DNA from: an uncultured Phycisphaerales bacterium | Lineage (GTDB): Bacteria; Planctomycetota; Phycisphaerae; Tepidisphaerales; Tepidisphaeraceae | DNA: 64,000 bases | Assembly: GCA_963758525.1 (NCBI GenBank) | Contig: CAVWVQ010000003.1 | Coordinates: 2,368,001 to 2,432,000 of the forward strand | Direction: 5' to 3' | Notes under the pieces: model-generated | Databases searched by the model: none | What the model saw: only the letters and a program-made list of their open reading frames with translations | Told to the model about the DNA's origin: nothing | Position numbers and translations under genes: made by a program | Shown: positions 18,377 through 28,030 of the stretch, piece after piece | Layout of the letters: each line of letters opens with the position of its first letter | Position numbering within the stretch: position 1 is the first letter of the stretch

Positions 18377-21300
18377 ATGATTAGACTGAAGGCGATCGTG
18401 ACGCTCGGGTTGTTGTTTGTGTGTTGTGTCGGACGATCGGCGCTGGCTCAGGATGACCTCGCGGGGCAGGAATACGGACCGCGAATTCATGCGGCGTCGA
18501 ATGAAGGGGAGAACGCGATCGCGCGTTTCCATGTGCCGGAGGGTTTGAAGGTTGAGCTATTCGCCGCGGAGCCGCTGGTGGCCAATCCGGTTTGTTTGCG
18601 CGTCGACAGCCGGGGGCGGATTTACGTGGCCGAAGGGTTTCGGCGCGCGGGCGGGGTGATCGATATTCGCAATCATCGGGATTGGGTCGAGGAAGACCTC
18701 GCGTCGCAAACGGTCGCGGATCGGATCGCGCTGCTGCGACGCAAGTACGGGCCCAATATCTTTCAGCTCCGTTCGGAAACCGACTGTGTTCAACTGTTGC
18801 AGGATACGCAGGGCCGCGGGAAGGCGGATAAGTCCACTGTGTTTGCGGACGGGTTCAATGCGATCGAGGACGGGATTGCCGCCAGCGTGCTGCCTGTGGC
18901 CAATGGATGCTACCTGGCGGACATCCCCAGCCTGTATCTGCTGCGCGACACGACCGGCAAGGGAGTCGCCGACGAGCGAAAGGTCCTGGCGACCGGTTTT
19001 GGCGTGCACATTTCCTATCGGGGGCACGACATGCATGGGCTGCGGATGGGCCCTGATGGGAAGGTCTATTTCAGCAGCGGCGATCGGGCCGCCAATGCGT
19101 TCAGCTCGATCGATGGAAGCAAAGCGGTGAACACGGATTCGGGAGGTGTCTTCCGCTGCGATCCTGACGGATCGAATCTCGAGCTCTTTGCTTATGGGCT
19201 GCGAAATCCGCAGCAGTTGGTCTTCGATCAATATGGGAACCTGTTTACCGGCGACAACAACCCGGATTTCGGCGACCCGGCGCGATGGGTCTACGTGGTC
19301 GAAGGGGGCGACAGCGGTTGGCGCATCGGATATCAGCTGAGTCGTACGCCAGTTCTGGGGGGTCAATGGATGGCAGAGCATTTATGGCAAACACAACCAA
19401 AACTCAACGCCGCGTATATGGTTCCGCCGGTGGCGCATCTGGGGGCGGGGCCGAGTGGGGTGGCGTGTTATCCGGGAACGGGCCTTTCGGACCATTGGAA
19501 GGATCACCTGTTCATGTGCGATTTCCGCGGATCGGCCGCGTCGAGCGGCATCCATGCGTTTCAGATGAAAACGCAAGGGGCGGGATTCGAGCTGGTGAAT
19601 CACGAGAAATTCTTCTGGGGATGTCTGGTCACCGATCTTGATTTCAGCACCGTGGGCGGAGCGTATGTCAGCGATTGGGTGCACGGCTGGGACGGTGCGG
19701 GCAAGGGAAGAATCTACCGCGTCTTCGACCCAGTCGAGGCGAAATCGTCGATTGTCGAGCAGACGCGAAAGCTCCTGGCCGATGGGATGGCGGGCCGTGC
19801 GTCGGCTGAGCTGGGGACGCTGCTGGCGCATCCGGATATGCGCGTGCGGCAGATGGCGCAGTTCGAGCTTGCCGGCAGAGGTGCGGAATCTGTTGCGCTT
19901 TTGTCCCGCATAGCGGCAAGCGGTGGTGACCGGTTCGCGCGAATCCACGCCATCTGGGGACTGGGGCAGATCGTGCGCCATACACCCTCGGCAGCGACTC
20001 CGCTGCTCTCGCTGTTGTTGGATTCCGACGATGAAATTCGCGCCCAGGCCGCGAAAGTGCTGGGCGATGATCGAATTGCAGCGGCGTTTGAAGGGATGGT
20101 GAAGCTGCTGAAAGATCCCAGTTCACGGGTGCGATTCTTCGCGGCCCAGGGTCTTGGCCGCCTCAAGCGTGGGGAGGCGATCGCGCCGCTGCTGGCGATG
20201 CTGAAGGAGAACGGGGACCGCGACGGATGGCTGCGACACGCCGGTGTGATGGGGCTGATCGCCAGCGGCGAGTCCCAGGCGTTGCTCGCCGCAGCGGGCG
20301 ATTCATCGTCGGCGGTGCGCATGGGCGTACTCCTGGCGCTGCGTCGTCTGCATCAGCCGCAAGTCGCGCAATTTCTCCATGATCCGGATCCGCAGATTGT
20401 ACTGGAGTCGGCGCGTGCGATTTATGATGTGCCGATCCCCCAGGCGATGCCGGCACTTGCGAGCATGGCCATCGAGGCGTCGGCGGATGATGCGGTTACT
20501 TCACGTGTGGTTAGCGCGAATTTCTACCTGGGAACTCCAGCGGCGGCGAAGGTATTGACCACTCTCGCGAATAATCAAAACGTGCCGACGCCGTGGCGAG
20601 TTGCGGCGCTAAACGATCTTGGCCGATGGGAATCACCACCTTCGCTGGACATCCTGCTTCACGCGTATCGTCCATTGGTTCCGCGTCCCTCGGCCGATGC
20701 TCGCGATGCGATTGCGCCAGTACTGGCGTCGATTCTGGACAGTGCGCCGAATGAAGTTCGAGTTGCCGCGATCGGGCTGATCGAGACGTTGAAGATCGAT
20801 GATCCCGGCGTACTCAATACCCTGGCGACGGACGCCAAGTTTCCGGTATCGGTTCGCCAAGAGGCGATGGAAGTGATGGCGCGCCGGCATGATGCCGGCT
20901 TGGCGCGGGCGGTCGAACTCGCGCTCGCCCATAAGGACGTTGGCTTCCGCTGCGCCGCGATCCGCTGTCTTGGCAGCCTTCCCGATTCCCAGACGAAGTT
21001 GGCGGCATTTTCGGAAAACGGTTCGACGCCGGAGCGTCAGGCTGCGTTGGAAGCATTGGGCGGACTGCCGGGGGAGGTGGTCGATGGATTGCTGGAAACC
21101 TGGATGAAGCGGTTGATTGCGTCGCAAGTTCCGCCGGAATTGCATCAGGATATCGTGGACGCGGTAAGCCAACGGTCGTCTGCGACACTGACGGCGATGC
21201 TCAAGCAATACAACGAAGCGTTGTCAAAAGGCGATGAGCTGGCTCGGTATCGCGATGCGCTGGTCGGCGGGGATGCGGCCAGCGGGCGGAAGATTTTCCG

Positions 21301-21712
21301 CGAGCGCGTGGAGGTGTCATGCATACGCTGTCATGCGGTCGGGCACGACGGCGGAATTGTCGGTCCGCGGCTGGATGGAATTGGCGAACGACAGAGTCGG
21401 GAATACCTGCTGGAATCGATCGTGTTCCCCAACGCAAAGATTGCTCCCGGCTTCGAAAGCGTCACACTCAAACTCCGCGATGGACCCGCAGTCAGTGGCA
21501 TCCTCAAGAAGGAAGACGCTAAGAATATCGAACTGGTGAATGGCGACGGGAAGACTGTGAAAGTGCCGACGGCAACCGTGATGTCGCGGGAGCGCGGACT
21601 TTCCGCGATGCCGGAGGGATTTGCGAAGGTGCTGAGCCGTCGCGACTTGCGCGACCTGGTGGAATTTCTGGCCAGCCTTCGGGGAACGCCTGCGAAACAC
21701 GCGGACAATTGA
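18377..21712 (+). CDS. PVC-type heme-binding CxxCH protein (beta-propeller dehydrogenase + HEAT repeats + cytochrome c)
   Basis: Signal peptide, 'VELFAAEP.VANP', GHDMHG, GLRNP, HEAT repeats, CIRCH, GP.LDGIG, SAMPEG. Confidence 0.93.
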   Translation: MIRLKAIVTLGLLFVCCVGRSALAQDDLAGQEYGPRIHAASNEGENAIARFHVPEGLKVELFAAEPLVANPVCLRVDSRGRIYVAEGFRRAGGVIDIRNHRDWVEEDLASQTVADRIALLRRKYGPNIFQLRSETDCVQLLQDTQGRGKADKSTVFADGFNAIEDGIAASVLPVANGCYLADIPSLYLLRDTTGKGVADERKVLATGFGVHISYRGHDMHGLRMGPDGKVYFSSGDRAANAFSSIDGSKAVNTDSGGVFRCDPDGSNLELFAYGLRNPQQLVFDQYGNLFTGDNNPDFGDPARWVYVVEGGDSGWRIGYQLSRTPVLGGQWMAEHLWQTQPKLNAAYMVPPVAHLGAGPSGVACYPGTGLSDHWKDHLFMCDFRGSAASSGIHAFQMKTQGAGFELVNHEKFFWGCLVTDLDFSTVGGAYVSDWVHGWDGAGKGRIYRVFDPVEAKSSIVEQTRKLLADGMAGRASAELGTLLAHPDMRVRQMAQFELAGRGAESVALLSRIAASGGDRFARIHAIWGLGQIVRHTPSAATPLLSLLLDSDDEIRAQAAKVLGDDRIAAAFEGMVKLLKDPSSRVRFFAAQGLGRLKRGEAIAPLLAMLKENGDRDGWLRHAGVMGLIASGESQALLAAAGDSSSAVRMGVLLALRRLHQPQVAQFLHDPDPQIVLESARAIYDVPIPQAMPALASMAIEASADDAVTSRVVSANFYLGTPAAAKVLTTLANNQNVPTPWRVAALNDLGRWESPPSLDILLHAYRPLVPRPSADARDAIAPVLASILDSAPNEVRVAAIGLIETLKIDDPGVLNTLATDAKFPVSVRQEAMEVMARRHDAGLARAVELALAHKDVGFRCAAIRCLGSLPDSQTKLAAFSENGSTPERQAALEALGGLPGEVVDGLLETWMKRLIASQVPPELHQDIVDAVSQRSSATLTAMLKQYNEALSKGDELARYRDALVGGDAASGRKIFRERVEVSCIRCHAVGHDGGIVGPRLDGIGERQSREYLLESIVFPNAKIAPGFESVTLKLRDGPAVSGILKKEDAKNIELVNGDGKTVKVPTATVMSRERGLSAMPEGFAKVLSRRDLRDLVEFLASLRGTPAKHADN

Positions 21713-21761
21713 ACCAACGCGAGAGCGGTCGTTGTTTTTTTAAGAATAAAGGAGTGCTCGA

Positions 21762-22595
21762 ATGAGAAGATTGATGAGTCTGATGGCAGCGGCGCTGTTT
21801 CTCTGCACGAATGCTTTGGTCGCCGCGGAGACGAAGCCGATCAAAGCGATCATGTTCTGCGGCGGCGGCTTCCACGACTACAAAACAATGCCGGGAATTC
21901 TGGCCAAGGACATCGCAGGGATGGCCAACATCAGCATCGACATCAAGCACGTGCCAACGCCGCCCGACATGGTTGCGGTGCTGAAAGATCCCAAGTTCGC
22001 CGACGGCTATGACGTTGTGATTTACGATATCTGTTATGGAGAGAACTGGAAAGATGGCGATTACGACGGTGCGCTGGACGTGGCCCGCGCGGGGAAGCCG
22101 GCGGTGTTCATTCATTGCTCGGCTCATACCTATCGGCCCCCGCGCAAGCAGGATGATCCGCAGCTCAAGGAGCGCGAAGCGATCGCCGACGCGAAATGGC
22201 ACGCGCTGGTGGGAATGGACACCCGGGTTCACGACAGATTCGGGCCGTTCTCCACCGAGAAAGTTGACAAGGAAAATCCGATCGTCAAGAGCTTTCCCGA
22301 TGAATGGAAGACCAAGGGTGATGAGCTGTACAACACGATCAAGATGATGCCAACAGCCACGCCGCTCCTCACGGCCAAGAGCCCCAGCAGCGGAAAGGTG
22401 CATACTGTCGCGTGGATCAATCAGTATGGAAAGGCGCGGATCTTCGGCACGACGCTCGGCCATGACATGACCACCGGCGGAGACGCGGATTATCACCGGC
22501 TCCTCGCCTACGGCATTCTCTGGACTTGTCAGAAGCTGGGGGAAGATGGGAAGCCGGTGGAGGGGTATGGGGTGGCGCCGTCCGGGCAAAAATGA
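21762..22595 (+). CDS. ThuA-domain secreted protein
   Basis: Signal peptide, GGGFHDY, DELY, 'VAWINQYGKARIFGTTLGH'. Confidence 0.9.
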   Translation: MRRLMSLMAAALFLCTNALVAAETKPIKAIMFCGGGFHDYKTMPGILAKDIAGMANISIDIKHVPTPPDMVAVLKDPKFADGYDVVIYDICYGENWKDGDYDGALDVARAGKPAVFIHCSAHTYRPPRKQDDPQLKEREAIADAKWHALVGMDTRVHDRFGPFSTEKVDKENPIVKSFPDEWKTKGDELYNTIKMMPTATPLLTAKSPSSGKVHTVAWINQYGKARIFGTTLGHDMTTGGDADYHRLLAYGILWTCQKLGEDGKPVEGYGVAPSGQK

Positions 22596-22646
22596 TGTTG
22601 GGGGCGCCGGGAGCGGGCCGGGGCCAAGGGCGTCTGACGCGGGTGA

Positions 22647-22704
22647 GAGAGGAAAAGGGGGAGAGGAAAAGGGGGGAGAGGAAAAGGGGGAGAGGAAAAG
22701 GGGG
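22647..22704. repeat. Polypurine tandem repeat (GAGAGGAAAAGGGG+) x4
   Basis: Read directly from the sequence. Confidence 0.85.
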
Positions 22705-22867
22705 TCATCAGCCAAAACCGCCGTCATCCATTCCTGAGCCAACCGCTTCCGCTGCACCCTAACGCTCTGGTGCAAAAAAAAACGCAATGATCTTGCCATG
22801 GTATACTGCGTCCGAGGGCTCGTGCCACGGTTTATCCTATTCAACCCCTCGTCGGTCATCCGCTCTT

Positions 22868-25453
22868 ATGCTTAAGCCAAAACACCTTGCCGTTTCGCTT
22901 GCCACATTTCTCGCAATCTGGCTCGTGAGTGCCAATCCGGCCGCCGCCCAGACCGATGCAGACCTTGCGCCCCGCAAAGATGAAAACTTTGACCGTGGGT
23001 GGAAGTTTCATCGTGGCGAGGCGGCGGGAGCGGATCAGCCGGGTTTTGATGATGCGTCGTGGCGTGCCTTGGACCTGCCACACGACTGGAGCATCGAAGT
23101 CCCGGCCGATGTCCCGCAGAAACCCGGCGTCCAGGAGGGGCCGTTCGACAAAAAATCGCCTGCGCAATGGTGGCGCCTACCTGGACGGCGGCGTGGGCTG
23201 GTACCGCAAGACCTTCACGCTGGCGAGTGCCACGCCGGGCGAGCGGTTCACGATTCTCTTCGACGGGGCCTACGAGAATGCCGCTGTTTTCCTCAACGGC
23301 CAGAAACTCGGCAGCCATCCCTACGGGTTCACAAGCTTCTATTATGATCTGACCCCACTCCTGAGACCGGCGTCGGAGAAGAATGTCCTGGCGGTTCGCT
23401 TACAGGCCGATCAACCGGGCTGCCGCTGGTATTCGGGGGCCGGTCTCTACCGGCATGTTCATTTGATCGTGACACAATCCGTCCACGTCGCGCAGTGGGG
23501 AACTTACATCACCACTCCAGCGGTGACGCCAGGCAGCGCAAGGTAAAGGTGAAGACAGTGCTGTGCAATGACGGCACCGCCGCGGCGAACGCGACGCTCA
23601 CAACGATTCTGCTGAACCCGAGTGGCAAGGAGGTGGCCCGGCTGCAATCCGGGCAGGCCATCCCCGCCAAAGGCAGCGCGCCGGTGGAGCAAACCCTGCC
23701 CGTGACCGGCCCTGAGCGCTGGTCTTGTGAAAAACCACTGCTTTATCAGGCGGTCAGCCAAGTGCGCGTGGGCGCGGTGCTCGTGGATTCGCTGCGCACG
23801 CCCTTCGGCATCCGGACCATCGAGTTCACGAAGGACAAGGGATTTTTTCTCAACGGCGAGCGCGTGCAGATCAAAGGTGTCTGCGACCACCACGACCTCG
23901 GCTGCCTCGGCGCGGCCGCGTACCGCCGGGCGATCCAGCGGCAGATCGAGGTATTGAAAAGTTTCGGTTGCAACGCGATCCGCACGAGCCACAACCCGCC
24001 CGCGCCCGAATTGCTCGACCTCTGCGACCAGATGGGGATGCTCGTCATGGACGAGGCGTTCGACGAGTGGAAGGAGAACCATTACACCTACGGCTACGCC
24101 ACGGTCTTCGACGCGTGGAGCGAGCCGGATATGGTCAGCATGCTGGACCGCGACCGCAACCATCCGAGCATCGTCCTTTACAGCATCGGCAACGAAATTC
24201 CTGAAGGCCGCGAGGGCAAGCCGCAGGCCGGTGCCACCGCTGCCCGCCTCGTGGCGATTTGCCACCGTGAGGACCCCACGCGGCCGGTCACCTCGGCTTG
24301 TCCCGGCCCCGAGGCCGATTGGAACAGCGGGCTGGCCAAGGCGCTCGACGTTTTCGGTCTGAACTACAACATCGGCTGGTACGGGAGAAATGATCCGGCC
24401 TCCAAAGCTACGCGCAAGCCGGGCGACACCAGCTACCACGGGCAGCTTCCGCTGGTCGGCAGCGAGACGTGTTCGCAAGTGGATTCCCGCGGGGAATATG
24501 GTCTGAAACTCGACGCAGCAGGCAACGTGCAGATCGTCGCCAAGGCCAACAACCAGGTCTCCAGCTACGATTATTGGCACCCCGGCTGGGGTTGCTCCGC
24601 CGAGACGGACCTGCTCGCGCTCAAGAATGCCCCGTGGATGGCGGGCGAGTTCGTGTGGACCGGCTTCGACTACCTCGGCGAACCCAACCCTTTCGCTTGG
24701 CCTTCCCGCAGTTCGTACTTCGGCATCGTCGATCTGGCGGGTTTTCCGAAGGACCGTTACTACATTTACAAGAGCGTCTGGAGCGCGGAGCCGGTCGTGC
24801 ACATCCTGCCGATGAGTTGGAACTGGGCGGGCTTTGAGGGAAAAGCGATCCCGGTGCGCGTCTTCACGAACGCCGACGTGGTCGAACTGTTCCTCAACGG
24901 CAAGTCGCTGGGTTCTAAAAAATTCCCCTCGGAAAGCGCGGAGCAAACCCTGGAAAAACAGAACAAGGACAAAACCGTTTCCTTTACGAAGAGCCCGGGA
25001 ATGCACCTGGAGTGGGCAGTGCCCTACTCGCCGGGTGAGCTGAAAGCGGTTGCCACCAAAGACGGCAAGGTCGTCAAGAGTGACGTGGTCCGCACGGCGG
25101 GAGCACCGGCAACGCTCCGGCTCAGCGCCGACCGGACCCGAATCGCCGCCGATGGCCAGGATTTGTCTTTCCTAAAGGTCGAGGTTCTCGATCGGGAGGG
25201 CAACATCTGCCCGAACGCTGACAACAAGATTCACTTCGACGTGGATGGAAATGCCTTGGTTATCGCCGGGTTGGACAACGGGGACGCCACCAACCTTGAG
25301 TCCTTCCAGGGCCGGGACCATCAGGCGTACCATGGCCTGGCGCTGGCGGTCCTGAAATCCAATTACAACGTGGTCGGCGACTCGAAGCTCACCGCGAGCA
25401 GCGCGGGGCTGACCCCGGCCAGCATCATCCTCTCCACGACAACGGTGAAATAA
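22868..25453 (+). CDS. Glycoside hydrolase family 2 (beta-galactosidase-like); frameshifts ~23165 and ~23538
   Basis: LPHDWSIE, GWYRK.F, WYSGAG.YR, NAIRTSHNPP, RDRNHPSIVLYSIGNE, WTGFDYLGEP. Confidence 0.93.
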
Positions 25454-25791
25454 CCCGGAAGCCACGCGCGCGTCGTCGGGCCCTGCCTTACCCAGATGCG
25501 AGTTGCCCCATAATAATTGATTCAGCGCCGCAAGATTCGGTTTCGCATCCGCCGCGCTCGTTTTCACTTTGCCTCTTGGGCCAGTTAGGCTTCAATTCCC
25601 GCTGGCTCCAGTTTTGGAATCCAAAATCGATCAGTATGCCCGTATCAATGGACGGCTCTGTGGCTTCCCGCCACAAAAAACAATAAGTAAATGACCGGGC
25701 ATAACTTTCAATGAAATGCTCGAATCGGCAGGCAAGATTATATGGCTCGGGCACCGTCAGTAACTTCTCGGCTCATACCGCAAGTGCTCGC

Positions 25792-26262
25792 CTAATCGAG
25801 CGGGAGCGCACGGAGGTTATGCGCCTTCACAAGCTTTTTAAGCGTCGCCACCAAAGTCTCCCGCTCATTCTTTGATAGTGGCGCGAAATACTCAACGTCG
25901 TTTTGATCAGCAAGTTCACACAGCACCGGTATCAGTTGCTGGGCGGCGGCGGTGAGGGCGATTTCCTGAAATCGCCTATCATCCCGGCGGCCTTTTCTTG
26001 TGACCAGCCTCTTGGCCACAAGCCGCTCGACGAGTTTTGAAGCAGCCCCGCGCGTCATGCCGGTCAGATCGGCCAGCATGCTAGGGGCGATTGCTTCGAG
26101 CCCGTACATCTCGCGCAGCACCACCCATTCAGCCACCGTGACCCCGCTATTGACTAGTTTGCGAGCGAAGGCGTGCGACACATGGTTGGAGACGAATCGC
26201 AGCCAAAAGCCCACATGCTTTTTGAGATCGCTTGCGACCGGTGCATGATCCGTTGTCTTCAT
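25792..26262 (-). CDS. MarR-family transcriptional regulator
   Basis: wHTH 'LADLTGMTRGAASKLVERLVAKRLV', 'DDRR...I.LT'. Confidence 0.92.
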   Translation of the reverse strand: MKTTDHAPVASDLKKHVGFWLRFVSNHVSHAFARKLVNSGVTVAEWVVLREMYGLEAIAPSMLADLTGMTRGAASKLVERLVAKRLVTRKGRRDDRRFQEIALTAAAQQLIPVLCELADQNDVEYFAPLSKNERETLVATLKKLVKAHNLRALPLD

Positions 26263-26268
26263 AGCATC

Positions 26269-26304
26269 AGGTTACTTGACAACTATTTCCTTGTCAACTA
26301 TAAT
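26269..26304. promoter_or_regulatory. Overlapping divergent sigma70 promoters and probable MarR operator
   Basis: Plus strand TTGACA (26276)-17-TATAAT (26299); minus strand TTGACA-17-TAACCT ending 6 nt before the marR ATG; inverted repeat TTGACAA-N8-TTGTCAA. Confidence 0.8.
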
Positions 26305-26337
26305 GGTTGTCAGATCAGAATCAAAAGGAGAATCCAC

Positions 26338-26749
26338 ATGAGCGACGCGATCGAAAATCTAAAATCCGCCCAGCAGAAGGCGATGGCGGGTCGCCCCAAG
26401 GTTGGTGGTTTCCCATATCTCGCCGAGGTTCTTCGCCAAGCGGGCGTCACCCGAAACGTATGGTCGCTACCGGCATGCCAAAGTCTGTATGTGACTGACA
26501 AGGGCCCGGTCGTGGTGCAGGGTACGCCGCTCCTCGCCGGTATGGCCGAGGTGCCAAAGTTCAATCGCGAGGCTCTCATCACTGCTCTGAGGACTGATCA
26601 AGCAGGGGAAAGCACGTTCCCGGAGTTCTTGGCGGCTACTTGGCGGGCTGGCGTCGTAGCCTACGAGGTGGATTTTGCTGCGCATCGTGACGTATTTCGG
26701 ATCGAGTCAGGAAAAGTACGTCGAAACCTATCCCGCCACAGAGGTCTAG
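26338..26749 (+). CDS. DUF1398-family protein (frameshift ~26682)
   Basis: RPKVGGFPYLAEVLRQAGV, DQAGESTFPEFL...W.AGV..YEVDF; corrected end VTYFG...YVETYP. Confidence 0.8.
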
Positions 26750-26839
26750 GCCGGAACGTGTTAGTGTAACCGGCGGTCTTTTTTTGGTGCGGTAACGGCT
26801 TGATTTTCGATCAATTTGAAGTCTCTTGGGCGAGCGCCT

Positions 26840-28029
26840 TCAAGTCAGATGAACCTTGATGCCAACCGCAAAGTCGCAGGGCGGCGTGGCGGGTTTCTGG
26901 ATGACGAGCGCATCCCCGGTCTGGCTCCAAGTTGGCTTGCCTGACCCGCCTAGCATCTCCACGCCTATCACCTTTCCGGGACTGGTGGCAGCGCCGGTTC
27001 CCAGGCTTTTGATGACCAGATCACCGACTGGCCAGCCCATGACGAACGCGTAAACGATGTCTCCTTTCTTACTTTGGGTAAAACGTATGTCAGTCGAGTC
27101 CAGCGGGGCCGCCTCGTTTCCGTTTTGATGGACGGTCGTGAGATGCGTTCCTTCGCCGAAGACTTTCCACGGCCGCGTCGCGTAGATGCCTTCGCCGTTG
27201 GGCTTGATCCATCCGGTCAGCGCGTCGAGGATCGCAATCTCGTCGGTGTCGAGGGGCATCCGGCCGGCCGGGGAAGTTGAGGACGAACGTGCCATTCTTG
27301 CTTACCACGTCGATGAGCCAATGGATAGTTCTTGACGTAGGGCGTGTCCGGCAATTCGTCGACCATGGTGTGCTTGCGACCATAAAGAACTTCTGGATCG
27401 AAGCCGCGCCACCACTGATCCTTGCCGTCTGCGGAGCTGAGCACGCCATCGTATGGGATTCCGGTGAGCGGCCCCTTGCGGTCGCAAAGCCGCGCCACCT
27501 GGAACCACCACCAGTTTCGCGGCCGCATGGACGGTGGCGCCGAAGCGCATTCCCCGCTTGCGGCCCAGCCTCCGAGCACGTCGCGTTTCGGCCCGAGGTT
27601 TACCGAATTCCAGACATGGTATTTCGAGTTCCAGGAATCGAAGCCATCGTGGTGATTCGCCATTCCGAAGAAGAACCTGGCCCCGGCCGCGTGATAGCGT
27701 TCCATGAGTGCATCAGGGTCCCAGTTTTGCAGGGTCCATGAGCGGCAAAGATCCTTGTAGCCGAATTTCGTGGGGTGCCCGAACCGCGCGCAGTGATCGA
27801 CATAGTTGGGCGATCCTTCGATATAAAGCGAGCGGGCATAGCCGTCGCCATTTTCGGCCACGCATTGCGGGCTCCAGTGCGCCCAGATACCGAACTTGGC
27901 GTCGCGGTACCATTCCGGCGCTTCGCCGTATTGGGCAAGCGATTCCCATGTAGGCTGGTACGGGCCGTCTCCCGCCAGATCCGGTTTGAGAGCCCGAAAC
28001 CGGAACGTGAGCGACCTTAAACCACTCAT
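26840..28029 (-). pseudogene. Alpha-L-fucosidase GH29, frameshifted and internally deleted
   Basis: PTWESL, PEWYRDAKFGIWAHW, MANHHDGF, DVVSKNGT.VLN, NGEGIYATRPW; the segment between 'TPYVKNY' and 'WLIDVVSKNG' appears to be missing. Confidence 0.8.
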
Positions 28030-28030
28030 G

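Noticed and set aside
25454..25790. Lower-GC spacer with an 88-aa ORF
   Set aside because: No recognisable motifs; possibly a decayed foreign fragment, but I cannot support a call.
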